Shown in pieces: positions 1 through 11,925 of a stretch of 64,000 bases of DNA. Positions within the stretch are counted from its first letter, which is position 1, and every line of letters begins with the position of its first letter. The position numbers and the translations under genes were made by a program. The stretch is from NCBI GenBank assembly GCA_030390025.1, contig CM059432.1, positions 20,462,001 to 20,526,000 on the forward strand, in the 5' to 3' direction. The notes beneath the pieces are model-generated. The model was not told the DNA's origin. It saw only the letters and a list, made by a program, of their open reading frames with translations, and did no database searches. Source of the DNA: Squalus acanthias. Taxonomy: Eukaryota.

Positions 1-296
1 AGGGTGTGGATGGAGAGCAAGATCGACCCACCCCTTTAAGAACTGGCCGGCGCCAGTGTGTGTGTTCCATTGCTGACTGACAACACATGAGCTTCGCCAG
101 CGCTCTGAGTTAGCACCTCGCTCCTCGGCGTTAGCGCCTTAAAAGAGGTGTGTAGCGCCTGATTTAGCACTCCAATCACCTCCAGGGGCGATAGAAGCCA
201 AGTTTGCAGTCGGAGACGATAATTAGCGCCAGGCGCTAAACTTTGCGCCCGGCCGATAATTGCGCCCCAAACGGGACGATACCGAATTTCTCCCCC
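1..296. mobile_element. End of a non-autonomous Harbinger-type MITE, cut by the window edge
   Basis: Closely matches 23368-23666 and ends in the TIR GAATTTCTCCCCC. Carries repeated TTAGCGCC/GGCGCTAA motifs. Confidence 0.85.
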
Positions 297-1365
297 TTCA
301 TGTCCTTCCTAAAGTGTTGTGCCCTGAATTGGACACAATACTCCATCTGGGGCCGAACTTGTGTTTTATTTAGGTTTAGCATAACTTCCTGGCTTTTGTA
401 CTCTATGCCTCTATTTATAAAGCCCAGGATCCCATATACTTTATTAACTGCTTAGTTAACCTGTCCTGCCACCTTCAAAGATTTGTGCACAAACACCCCC
501 AGGTCTCTCTGTTCATGCACCCCCTTTAAAATTGTACCATTTAGTATGTATTGTCTCTCCTCATTCTTCCTGCCAAAATCTATCACCTCACACTTTTCTG
601 CATTGAATTTCATCTGCCATGTGTCCACCAGCCTGTCTATGTTCTTTTGAAGTCTTTTATTATCTTCCTCACTGTTGACTACACTTCCAAGTTTTGTGTC
701 ATCTGCAAATTTCAACATTGTGCCCTGTACCCCACAAGTCCCAGTCATTAATGTATATCAAAAAACAGCAGTGGTACTGAACCCTGGGAACACCACTGTA
801 TACCCACCTCCAGTCCGAAAAACAGCCTTTCATCACAACTCTGTTTTCTATCCCATAGTCAATTTTGTATCCATGCTGCTACTGCCCCTTTTACCCCATG
901 GGCTTCAATTTTGCTAACAAGCCTATTATGTGGTACTTTATCAGATGCCTTTTTGAAAGTCTATGTACACAACCTCATCCACCCTCTCTGTTACCTCATC
1001 AAAAAACTCAATCAAGTTAGTCAAACACGATGTGCTCTTAACAAATCCGTGCTGGCTCTCCTTTATTAGTCCATGCTTGTCCAAGTGGCTATTAATTTTC
1101 TCCCAGATTATTGTTTCTAAAAGCTTCCCCACCACCAATGTTAAACATACTGGCCTGTAACTGTCAGGTTTATCCTTCTCCCCTTTTTTGAACAAGGGTG
1201 TAACATTTGCAATCCTCCAGTCCTCTGGCACTACCCCTGTATATCAGGAGGATTGGAAGATTGTGGCCAGCAATTCCGCAATTTCTACCCTTACTTCCCT
1301 CGGCAACCTAGGATGTATACTCATCTGGACCAGGTGACTTGTCCACTTTAAGTACTGCCAGCCTT
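297..1365 (-). mobile_element. CR1-type LINE ORF2 (RT) fragment, decayed
   Basis: Minus-strand ORFs 941-1231 ([26 protein letters not shown]) and 452-748 (KFADDTKLG..WQMKFN..RDLGV). Confidence 0.9.
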
Positions 1366-2145
1366 TTTTATATAGTCCTTTAACATAGAAACACATTCCA
1401 AGGCACATCACAGAAGCTTATTCAGGTTAAACTCGATGCCGAGTCAAAGATGGAGATATTCGGAGGGGTGACGAAAAGCTTGGTCAAAGAGGTGGGTATT
1501 AAGGAGGGTCTTAAAGGAAGTGAGGGAGGTAGAGATGCAGAGATGTTTAGGGAGGGAAATCCAGAGCTTAGGGCCTGGAGGCTGAAGGTGCAGTTGCCGA
1601 TGATGGGGGCAAAGCAATTTCAGGGTGCACAAGAGCCCAGAGTGGAGGATGACGAGTTTGTGGTGGTTTGACAGCTGTAGAGACGCCATTAAGAGATTGA
1701 ATTTGAGGTGCTGGGGGACTCGGAGCCAATGCAAGGTGAGCGAACACAGGGGTGGTGGGTAAGTGGGACTTCTTGCAGGATAGGATGCAAGCAGCAGATG
1801 AGGGTGGAGTATGGAGGCCAGCCAGGAGAGCATTGGAATATTCGAGTCTTGTGTCAAAGCCATGGATGAGAGTATCAGCAGCAGATGGGCTGAGGCAGTG
1901 TTGGGTGATGTTACGGAGGTGGAGAGCATATGGGGTCTGACGTTCAGCTCAGGGTCAATAAGTCGCTAAAATTGCTAAGAGTCTGGTTCAACCACAGCCA
2001 ATGGTTGGGGAGGGGGATGGAATCGGTGGCAGGCGTACGGAGTTTTTGGTGAGGGTTCGATGTAACAGCTTTGGTCTTCCCAATGTTTACTGGACAAAAT
2101 TGGAGCTAATCAAGGACTGGATTTCTGACAACACAGAGGCAGTGT
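1366..2145 (-). mobile_element. L2-type LINE 3' fragment
   Basis: Minus-strand ORF with LHWLRV..KLW.SLP..FKTLL.THLFDQAF; similar to 51150-52285. Confidence 0.75.
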
Positions 2146-2146
2146 T

Positions 2147-2173
2147 GGGGGGGGGGGGGGGGGGGGGGGGGGG
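2147..2173. repeat. Poly-G tract (27 nt)
   Basis: Read directly from the sequence. Confidence 0.95.
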
Positions 2174-2512
2174 AGGAGAGCGTCTACTTGATTTATATTA
2201 TCTCTTGACCGACTATTGGTTGTGTCCTGTACTACAGTATTGGCCTGATACCGAGGTTTCTTAACAAAATAATGAAAAGTTATAACCACTACACAAATGA
2301 AACATCATATGCTTGTTGGGAGACAACATTTTTAAGGCATCGTCCAACCCTTTCAAACCATTTTCTTTCTTCAAAGTAGCAGCTAATTTTAAAAAACTTT
2401 ATTTAAAACTCAAGACCGTCCTCGAAGTGGCATTCTAACATTTTACCAAAGCATTTAATGACAAATGAAAGTCACTTTCATAGTTCTGAACATATTCCAA
2501 TTAGAAAACAAA

Positions 2513-2903
2513 GGAACGGTAGCATAGTGGTTATGTTACTGGACAAGTAATCCAGAGACCTGGAATAATGATCCGGAGACATGAGTTCAAAACCCACCAC
2601 AGCAGTTGGGGAATTTAAATGCAGTTAATAAATCTAGAATAAAAAGATAGCATCAGTAACAGTGACCATGAAACTACTGGATTGTCGTAAAAACCCATCT
2701 GGTTCACTAATGTCCTTTAGGGAAGGAAATCTGCCGTCCTTCCCCGGTCTGGCCTATATGCAACCCCAGACCCACAGCAATGTAACTGACTCTTAACTGC
2801 CCTCTGAAATGGTCTAGCAAGCCACTCAGTTAAGGGCAATTAGGGATGGGCAATAAATGCTGGCCTTGCCAGCGAAGCCCACATCCCGTGAATGAATAAA
2901 AAA
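2513..2903 (+). mobile_element. tRNA-derived SINE with a LINE-derived 3' tail
   Basis: A-box-like TAGCATAGTGG and B-box-like GAGTTCAAAAC. The tail AAGGGCAATTAGGGATGGGCAATAAATGCTGGCCTTGCCAGCG is shared with LINE 3' ends at ~7025-7095, ~17073-17130 and ~57870-57935. Confidence 0.8.
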
Positions 2904-4279
2904 TATTAAGCTCTTTCCAAACACTAAAAAACTAGAAGCTTTTAAAGCTCACTTCACATCACAGTGCAAGTGTAACCAGCAGCGTAAAGTGAAAGGAGAC
3001 CTATCGATGTGAATTCACAGTGCTCACCTGAATTTGACGCAGTGACAGATTGAAGATTTGTTTCCCCATTTATACTGCCATTTTCCATCAATGTAGCATG
3101 GAAATCATGTAATACTGATGCAAAAATTGCACACGGCAGCCAATAATTTCTCGCCCCTGTACTTAGTAATACTGTAAATTCAATACTAAATTTAGTTATG
3201 AATGCAAATCAAGTTTAGTTTCGGTTCAAATGGAGTCTATAACAAGTTTAAAACTCGAATGCAATATAGTAATTTATTTTTGCTCCTGTGGAGAAATCAA
3301 GGCCTCAAACTTTACATCCAAATGAATAAAGTTGATTCCCTGCCACTGCCAACATGTTTATTGGGGAAAAGTCTGTTTGGAACTTTGATGTTGTGGTTTA
3401 CTGTTCCCTAGGGCTGCGAAGGTGTCAAACTAAGACATGTAATTAACAAATCTTCTGTGACACCATCAGTAATTTTCAGGCAATTTTTTCCAACAAATCA
3501 CAAATATTCAAAATATTCTTGAGCATTGTTTGCAGCAACACGCAGCAGGTCAGATCCAATATCATCCAGCTCATTGCTTGCTTCTGGCTCCACTTTAGAA
3601 GCAGTTGGATCTTCATCTCTGGTGGCCTTAATACTTGAAATAACTCAACCGCCTTTGTGATCCACATATCACTGTCAGCTGTCATACAGTCTTCAAAAAT
3701 GAAGAGAGTTAGGAAGCCACATAGACGTTCTGGGGCGTTCTCATCATTATTTTCAACAGCCGTATGCTGCTCTCACTTGCCTTTCACCTGTTGACTCATA
3801 TTGAGCATTTTAATAAGGCTGACTTCACAGACACAATTTGTAAGGGTAGTGGTAATTCTGCCAAATTGCATGAGATGAATGGCATAGAATCATGCACAGA
3901 GATATCTCCTTGAAGACAGTATTCAACTATAAAGGCGCAGTGAAACCAGCCTCTTTTTAAATTTAGGAACCTACGTGAAGAATCAAGAACAATTGTGCAG
4001 GAATCAAGATTTAAGAGGAGACAGTAAATGAGGAATCAAATAGCAATGAATGGGTGATGCCAAGATTGTGTTTTAAAAGCCTCAAGACTATTGGAGGAAG
4101 GGAAGACTGAGGGAGGCAAGACATTGCACAGTTTGAAGTCCGATTGGAGAATGAGTTATCGGAGAAAATTATGCAGTGACTTTCAATTTTAGCATTACAA
4201 GGATGGGAATGAACATGAAAAATAGCCTATTTGGAGCTTTGGAAGAACAACAAAGAGAAGGTTGAAGGACCATTGACCG

Positions 4280-5200
4280 ATAGAATCACACAATTTACAG
4301 TACAGGAGACCATTCAGCCCATCATGCCTGTTCTAGCTCTGGAACTGTCCACTCAAATCCCATTTCCCTGTCCTTTCCCCAAAACTTTTTATATTACTTT
4401 TAAAATACTCATCCATTCCCCTTTTAAATCATGTTAAAGTCTCGGTCTCAATAACCACTTGTGGTAAAGCATTCAATATTATAATCAACCTCGGAAAAAA
4501 TCCATTCTTCCTTCTTCTATTGTCTATGTTGCCTACTTACCGATTGGAAACAATCTTGCAGCATTTATCCTCTCAAAACCTTTCATAATTTTAAAAACCC
4601 TCTATAAAATTCCTCCTCCTTAACCTTCTCGGTTCCAGCAAAAAAAATCCCAATGTTGTGAGCCTTTCTTGATAACTAACTTTCCATTCCTCATCTCCTT
4701 CCAATAAATCTTTGCTGTGCCCTATCCATGGCTCTACTGCCTGTCCTATAATGAGGTGTCCAGAGCTGTATGCCATAATTGAACTGTGACCTACCCTTGT
4801 TTTTATATTCAATACCCTGATCTATGAACCCCTGAATTCCGTTTTGCTTTTAGGGTCTTTTCTACCTTCATAAAATCGATGCAACTGCACTCCAGATCCC
4901 TTTGCTCCTCCACTCGCTCACCAGTACTTTCCGCCCAAAATTGTACTACTTTATGTTTCTCTATATTGAACAGCACCTGCCATCTATCTGTCCAGTCCAC
5001 TAACCTGTCTATGTCCTCCTGCAAACTCCCACCACCGTTTGCCATGTCCCCTAATTTAGCATTATCAGCAAACTTTGATATCATTTCTTCTACACCCATG
5101 TCCAAATCATTTATAAAAGTGGAAAACGAAAAAGGTCCCAACACAGGACGACAGGGCACACCACAACCCATACCATGCAATTCCCCAAAATATCCATTTA
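4280..5200 (-). mobile_element. Old decayed CR1 3' fragment
   Basis: Remnant peptides FINDLD..ISKFADNAKLG..RDLE and ERLTTLGFFLLEPRRLRR. Confidence 0.75.
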
Positions 5201-6514
5201 TCCTTAATCTACCATTCTATTATCTAGCCATGCGGCTACATTCCTTTTAATGCAATGTTCCTTCATTTTCATAAATTGATCTGTCAAAGGATTTTACTGG
5301 TCTGATATTTTCCTTAAAAAAAATTAAAGGCCCTGTATCATGTACTTTGATCTTATTAGTGTTGTAGATGTCAGCTCTCAGCAGCATATTCCATTACTGT
5401 CTTCACAGTAAAATCAACATATCCCCGTCTCCCATGATTTTATGATCGATATGATTTTATTGATGTGACATTAAATATTCTAGCTAATTCTGTCTGCAAT
5501 TCTCTAAACACATTGCTTAGACATGGGACACATAGCATTTGTATTCTACATCTTGATGTGAAACCAAACAAATGCAAGAGGATAGCTAATGGAACTGCAA
5601 TGTCAGGTGTATCTTGATCTCTTAGTTAAAGCTTTGATGCTCCTCTGAATGGCAAAACTTCAGGTTCCACTTCCTTCAGCGTGAATGTTTGAAACACTTA
5701 ACTATATTTTATTCACAAAAGCAAGTATTTGAAAATCTCAAATGGTCACTCAGATTTCTGTTGAGGTGACCTTTTTGTTCTTTCAAAAATGTTTAAGTAG
5801 TGTCAAGTACCATAGCAGCACTGCCACTGGCTTCAATGTCCCTGAAGTAGGGAGGTGGGGAGGAGACACTCTGCTAGGGTCGCTGCTTATGATCATTATC
5901 CAATGAGTGTGGACTGAGTATGGGCGAGGGCAGCAATGTGTTTTGCCCATTACAGTCCAAGAGGCTAGCTACAATCATTATCAAGGATCATTTGTTTTAA
6001 AATGGCAACTTGTGTAAATTGGCGGAAAGTTGATCATGTCTGAGGAGTCATTTAGCAGCATGGCTCAGTACATTCAGCAGAGCAGAAAACTATGAGGGAA
6101 ATAAAAACAACAGCTGGCATACATCCCCAGGCAAGGTTGAAACTTTTCAGTCACATCCATGTTAACATGGCCAGGTTTGGAGAGGGAGTGGGTGAGGAAG
6201 CAGACAAAGAACTTCATTCTTTGACACCCTTACCTAACAAAAATCTATCGATCTCAGTCTTGAAAATTTAAAGTGACCTAGCATCCACAGCCCTTTGGGG
6301 AGCGAGTTCCAGATTTCCACTACCCAGTGTATGAAAACCTTTTATCCTTACTCTCATTGTCTACTCCCTCCCAACCAATTACTGACCCTTATCACAAGGT
6401 TATCTCCAATTCCATGCGCTCTCATTTTTGCTAATTATATCTTGTGCGGTGCTCTATCACACGCCTGCTGGAAGGCCATATAGACAATATCCATAGAGAC
6501 TCCCTATCAACCCT

Positions 6515-7100
6515 ATCAGGAAATGGCCATCTCCAACAAGAGAGAGTCTAACCACCTCCCCATGACATTCAATGGCATTACCATCGTCCACTCCCCTACC
6601 ATCAACATCCTGGGGGTCACCACTGACCAGAAACATAACTGGACCAGCCACATAAATGCTGTGGCTACAAGAGCAGGTCAGAGGCTGAGTATTCTGCAAA
6701 CTCCTGACTCCCCAAAGCCTTTCCACCATCTACAGGGCACAAGTCAGGAATGTGATGGAATACTCTCCACTTGCCTGGATGAATGCAGCTCCAACAACAC
6801 TCAAGAAGTTCTACCACACAGAAGGACAAGGGCAGCAGGCGCACGGGACACCATCACCTGCAAGTTCCCCTCCAAGTTACATACCATCCTGACTTGGAAA
6901 TATATCACCGATCCTTCATCGTCGCCAAGTCAAAGTCCTGGAACTCCCTCCCCAACAGCACTGTGCGAGTACCTTCACCATATGGACTGCAGCAATTCAA
7001 GGCGGCAGCTCACCACCACCTTCTCAAGGGCAATTAGGGATGGGCAATAAATTCTAACCTTGCCAGCGATGTGCACATCCGGTGAATGAATACATTTTTT
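6515..7100 (+). mobile_element. 3' fragment of a second CR1-group LINE family (family 2), internally deleted
   Basis: TINILGVTTDQKHNWTSHINAVATRAGQRL..SFIVAKSKSWNSLP; similar to 57868-60290. Confidence 0.85.
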
Positions 7101-9500
7101 AAAATCCATGCTAGTAACGTCCTCAAAAAATTCAACTAGATTAGTCAGACATGACCTACCCTTCAAAAATTCATGCCAACTCTCTTTGATCAACTCATAT
7201 TTGTCCAAGTGTTCAGGTGCTCTTTCCCAGATTCCCGTAACTTCCTCACAAATGGTTAAACTGACAGGTCTGTAGTTACCTGGTTTCTTTGTCCCTAAAT
7301 AATGGAGTGATAATTACTATTTTCTAATCCAAAGGCACACTTCTTGTATCTAGAGAGCTTTGGAAGATTATGACCAACGCATCTGCAATTTCCTCACCTA
7401 CTTCTTTTCATACCCTGGGGTGGAAACCATCAGATCCTGGAGATTTGTCTATCTTAAGTCACATTATTTTCTCCATTACAATTTTTTTTTTAAAACTTGT
7501 ATTAAATCCAATAGGTTCCTCCCCTGGATTTATTTTTGGGTTCCCTTATGCTGCTGACATTTTATCCTCTTCTTCTACTACACAGATGGATGTATAGTAC
7601 TCAGATAGAATCATTGAAATTTACAGCACAGAAGGAGGCCATTTGGCCCATTGTATCTGTGCCGGCCGTAAAGAGCTATCCAGCCTAATCCCACTTTCCA
7701 GCTCTTGGTCCGTAGCCCTGTAGGTTACGGCACTTCAAGTGCATATCCAAGTACTTTTTAAATGCGATGAGGATTTCTGCCTCTACCACCCTTTCAGGCA
7801 GTGAGTTCCAGACCCCCACCACCCTCTGGGTGAAAAACATTCTACCAATTACTTTAAATCTGTGCCCACTAGTTATTGACCTCTCTGCTAAGGGAAATAG
7901 GTCCATCCTATCCACTCTATCTAGGCCCTTCATAATTTTATACACCTCAATTAAATCTCCCCTTAGCCTCCTCTGTTCCAAAGAAAACAACCCCAGCCTA
8001 TCCAATCTTTCCTCGTAGCTAAAATTCTCCAGTCCTGGCAACATCCTCTTAAATCTCCTCCAGACCCTCTCTTGTGCAATCACATCTTTCCTGTAATGTG
8101 GGAGTTGTCTGCAGACCTCCTGACAGTAGTGATGTAGCAGCGGGATGCATAAATACAGAGATCAGAGAAGCATTGTAGCAAAAGCAAAATGGCTAGTTGT
8201 AATGGAGGAGTTTAATTTTCACACAGACTGGGAGCAGCAGAACAACACAAGTTGAACAAGTCTGCCATTTTCTTATTGTCGATTACAGCATCACTTGTGT
8301 CCATCTTTAATGGGCCCACATTTCCCTTAGCCATTTACTTTTAATATATTTATAAAAACCTTTACTGTTAGCCTTGATATCGTTTGCAGGTTTTTTCATC
8401 TGCCCTTTTTGCAGCTCACTACTTTTTTTGCATCCCTTTATTGCTTTTTATAGCTCTCCCAGTCCACTGGGTTTCCACATTAATTTGCCTTTGCTGAAGC
8501 CTCTTTTAGCTTGATACTGTCTCTTATCTCATTTGTTGACTATGGTTACCTAACTACACAAGAGGTGTTTCTGCCTTTTAGGGGTATGTACTGGTCTTGT
8601 ATCGTAGCAAATACTTCTTTGAATACCTTCCACCATTTCTCTGTAGGTTTACCCATTAATAGTTCAGCCTAGTTTACTGCGGTCAGTTTATGTCTCATTC
8701 CTTTGAAGTCAGACTTCAATTTCAAACCTTGCTTTGAGAGTCTCCCTTCTTCCTCTCAAACGTAACATTAATTTCAACCATGTTATGGTCACTGTCAGCA
8801 AGATGTTCCCTAACCATCAGAATGTTAACTAATTCTAGTATGGCCTGTTCCCTTGTTGGTTTTAAAACCTGTTGTTCCAGGAAACTGTCCCGAATACACT
8901 CTAGAAATTCGCTGCCTTTACAACTTGTGTTGTTCTGCTTCTCCCAGTCTGCGAAAATTAAACTCCCCCATTGTAACTAACCATCTTGCTTTTGCTACAT
9001 GCTTCTCTGATCTCCACATTTATGCATCCCGCTTCTACCTCACTACAGTCAGGAGGTCTGCAGACAACTCCCACCAGAATCTTGCATCCTTTGCTGTTTC
9101 TTAATTCTACCCGATGCGTTTCTACTGCCTGCTCACCCTTACGGATGCCCCTTCTTTCAACTGCTGTAATAGTGCTTTTTATTATATCACTACTCCTCCT
9201 CCTTTCCCAATTTCCCTGTCCTTTCTGAATACTTGGCTCCCAGTCATGCCCAGCTTGTAGCCAGCTCTCTGTAATGACTACTAACTCATACTCTCAGCAT
9301 AGTCTTCCCTGAGCCAAGAGTGGTTCCAGGCATCTAAAACCCTCCCTTCTACACCATCCTTCCAAAAATGCATCGACAATCCTAATCTTTCTCTCCCTGT
9401 CTGGTCCAGCAGGTGGCACTGAGAAGAATCCAGAGATTACTGTCGTGGAGGTTCTGCTTCTTTATCTAGAACATAGCTCCTTGAATCCCTCTGCAGTACA
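7100..9500 (-). mobile_element. Old CR1 LINE (endonuclease to RT, probable ORF1 remnant), interrupted by a younger insertion
   Basis: Decayed minus-strand peptides, e.g. ESWHEFLKGRSCLTNLVEFFEDV, plus endonuclease-like sequence at ~8750-9300. Confidence 0.7.
7606..8100 (-). mobile_element. Younger CR1 3' fragment inserted in the old CR1
   Basis: ORF 7685-8083 (YEERLDRLGLFSLEQRRLRGDLIEVYKIM..FFTQRVVGVWNSLP) followed by the 3' UTR. Confidence 0.9.
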
Positions 9501-9749
9501 TTCCAATGACTAGCTCTCTTTCTTAGTACTTTTGGTCTCTTTCCTCTTACTTTTTTTTTTAAGTGCAGCGCTGAAATCTGCAAGTATAAAAGCTGAAGTG
9601 TGACGGACACAGACATGCCCTATATCTATTATTTTGATCACACGTGTGACTCTCCCATAATGCTGCCCACTGAGGATACACTGTTTTATTAGATGAGCAC
9701 GAGCATGACTCTGTTATTCTGCTACTAAAGTGGTGGTGGATGCCCATTT

Positions 9750-10962
9750 AGAAACAAAGTATAGGAGTCGGCCACTCAGCCCCTCGAGCCTGTTACCGCC
9801 ATTCAATGAGATCATGGCTGATCTGTTTCATAATTCTATTCAGCTGCCTTGGCTCCATATCCCTTAATGCCCGAGGCCATCAAAAGTCCATCGATCTCTG
9901 ATTTAAAATTATTAATTGAGCTAGCATCTACTTCATTTTTTGGGATAGAGTTCCACACTTCTACCACCCTTTGTGTGAAGGAGTGTTTCCTAACTTCTCT
10001 CCTGAATGCTCTGGCTCTGATGTCCCCTTGACCTCGACTCCCCCACCAGCAAAAAAAGTTTCTCTCTAGCTACCCTATCAATTCCTTTCAAAATCCGAAA
10101 AAGCTCAATCAAATCACCCCTTAACCTTCTATATTCCAGGAAATGCAAGCCTAGTTTATGTAATCTCTCCTCATAATTTAACCCTTGGAGTTTTAGTAAC
10201 ATTCTTGTGAATCTGCGCTGTACTTCTTCCAAGGACAATATATCCTTTCTAAAGTGCGGTGCCCAGAACTGAACACAGTACTCTAACCAGGTCTTTGTAT
10301 AAGAACATAAGAAATAGGAGCAGGAGTAGGCCATACGGCCCCTCGAGCCTGCCCCGCCATTCAATAAGATCATGGCTGATCCTCGATCTCAACTCCACTT
10401 TCCCGCCCGATCTCCATATCCGTATAGCTGGAGCAAATCTTCCTCCCCTTTATATTCCAGCCCGCTAGATATAAAAGCTAACATTCTATTAGCCTTTTTG
10501 ATTATATTTTGTACCTGACCACTACATTTTAGTGAACTGTGTACACGGATCCCTAAATCTCTTTGGACCTCCACTGTTCCGAGCTTTACCCCATTTAAAA
10601 AATACTCTGATCTATCCTTTTTTGGTCCAAAATGGATGACCTGCATTGAAATCCATCTGCCACAGTTTTGCCCACTCACTTAATCTATCAATGTCTCTTT
10701 GTAATTTTATGCTCCCGTCTACACTACTTACTATGACACCAATCTTTGTGTCATTGATAAACTTGGATATATGGCTCTCTATTGTGTTGTCCAAGTCATT
10801 AATAAATATAGTGAATAATTGAGGCCCCAGCACAGATCCTTGTGGGACACCACTAATCACTTCCTTCCAATTCGAGTACATACCCATTATCCTTACTCTG
10901 TCTTCCACCGCCTACCCAATCTCCTTACCAGGTCAATAATTTGCCTTCAATTCCATGAGCTT
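9750..10962 (-). mobile_element. CR1 3' fragment (RT to tail)
   Basis: [22 protein letters not shown] and LEYCVQFWAP..RRLRGDLIE. Confidence 0.9.
10299..10421 (-). mobile_element. 123-bp CR1 tail-only insertion
   Basis: CR1 3' UTR plus TTCTTATG tail, with a GTATA duplication at the junctions; near-identical to 58218-58337. Confidence 0.85.
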
Positions 10963-11535
10963 TAAGACTGCAAGATGTAATTGCTCTGGGGCCTTGCTAT
11001 CAATGGTCTGGCAAATAACAGGTCAATTAGCTTTCTTTCTTTCTTTTCCTTATATGTGACTGCAGAGGTCAATTAGAATTTAGACGTTCTAAAGCCTACA
11101 TCAATATGTATTTCTTAAGTGACTGAATTTCTTTCTTTCCCTCCCACTTTCGGTAACCATTCAGACACTATGGTCCCACCCTCATAATTTACTCTGCTTT
11201 GACTATGCTTTCATCTCCCTTCCATTCGGTGTCCACTCATTACACGTTATGAAGCATTCTGAGATGTCTCTGTACATGATGAATGTTACAGAAATGTAAA
11301 TTGTTCTGTATGCTTTTGAGTATAACTGAAGTTAATTAGGAAGTATTTTCTGTATCTTCCTCTCAGATCAATTACAGAAATTTTAAAATGGAGGAAAATG
11401 AGACACTTAAAACCTTGATGGGCATAAATGTGCACTCGTCATGTCCCTTTTATTATACTGCTAGCAAAACTCCATGGCACGGTTTAATGCGGGTCACATG
11501 GTTTTAAAAAAAAAAGGACAGGAATGTTATGTAAT

Positions 11536-11771
11536 AAAAACAGAAAATGCTGGAAATACTCAGCAGGTCAGGCAGCATCTGTGGAGAGAGAAACAGAGTT
11601 AACGTTTCAGGTCAATGACCCTTCGTCAGAACTCCAGTTCTGACGAAGGGTCATCGATCTGAACCGTTAACTCTATTTCTCTCTCCACAGGTGCTGCCTG
11701 ACCTGCTGAGTATTTCCAGCATTTTCTGTTTTTATTTCAGATTTCCAGCATCCGCAGTGTTTTGCTTTTGT
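11536..11771. mobile_element. Penelope-derived palindromic element with a 16-bp flanking duplication
   Basis: ~100-bp inverted arms centred on 11634-11635. AGGAATGTTATGTAAT is duplicated at 11520-11535 and 11772-11787. Confidence 0.8.
11596..11633 (-). ncRNA. Minimal hammerhead-ribozyme-like motif (Penelope type)
   Basis: Minus strand reads CTGACGA-AGGGTC-ATT-GACCT-GAAAC-GTT. The mirror copy on + (11640-11668) has GAACC instead of GAAAC. Confidence 0.55.
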
Positions 11772-11809
11772 AGGAATGTTATGTAATGTACTGTAGCGCT
11801 GCTAAGATG

Positions 11810-11925
11810 AAGCACTTCCTCTTTAAGACCACACAGCCAAATTGTTGTCAGAGCAAACACACTTTCAAGTCAATCAGAGGGCAATTGTTTGAACTGTGGA
11901 GATTGGAAAGTTTTAGTTTCCCAGT
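11810..11925. promoter_or_regulatory. Candidate immune/haematopoietic enhancer motif cluster
   Basis: PU.1/ETS-like AAAGAGGAAGTG (minus, 11813-11824), RUNX ACCACA (11828-11833) and ISRE-like GGGAAACTAAAACT (minus, ~11909-11922) in non-repetitive DNA. Confidence 0.4.
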
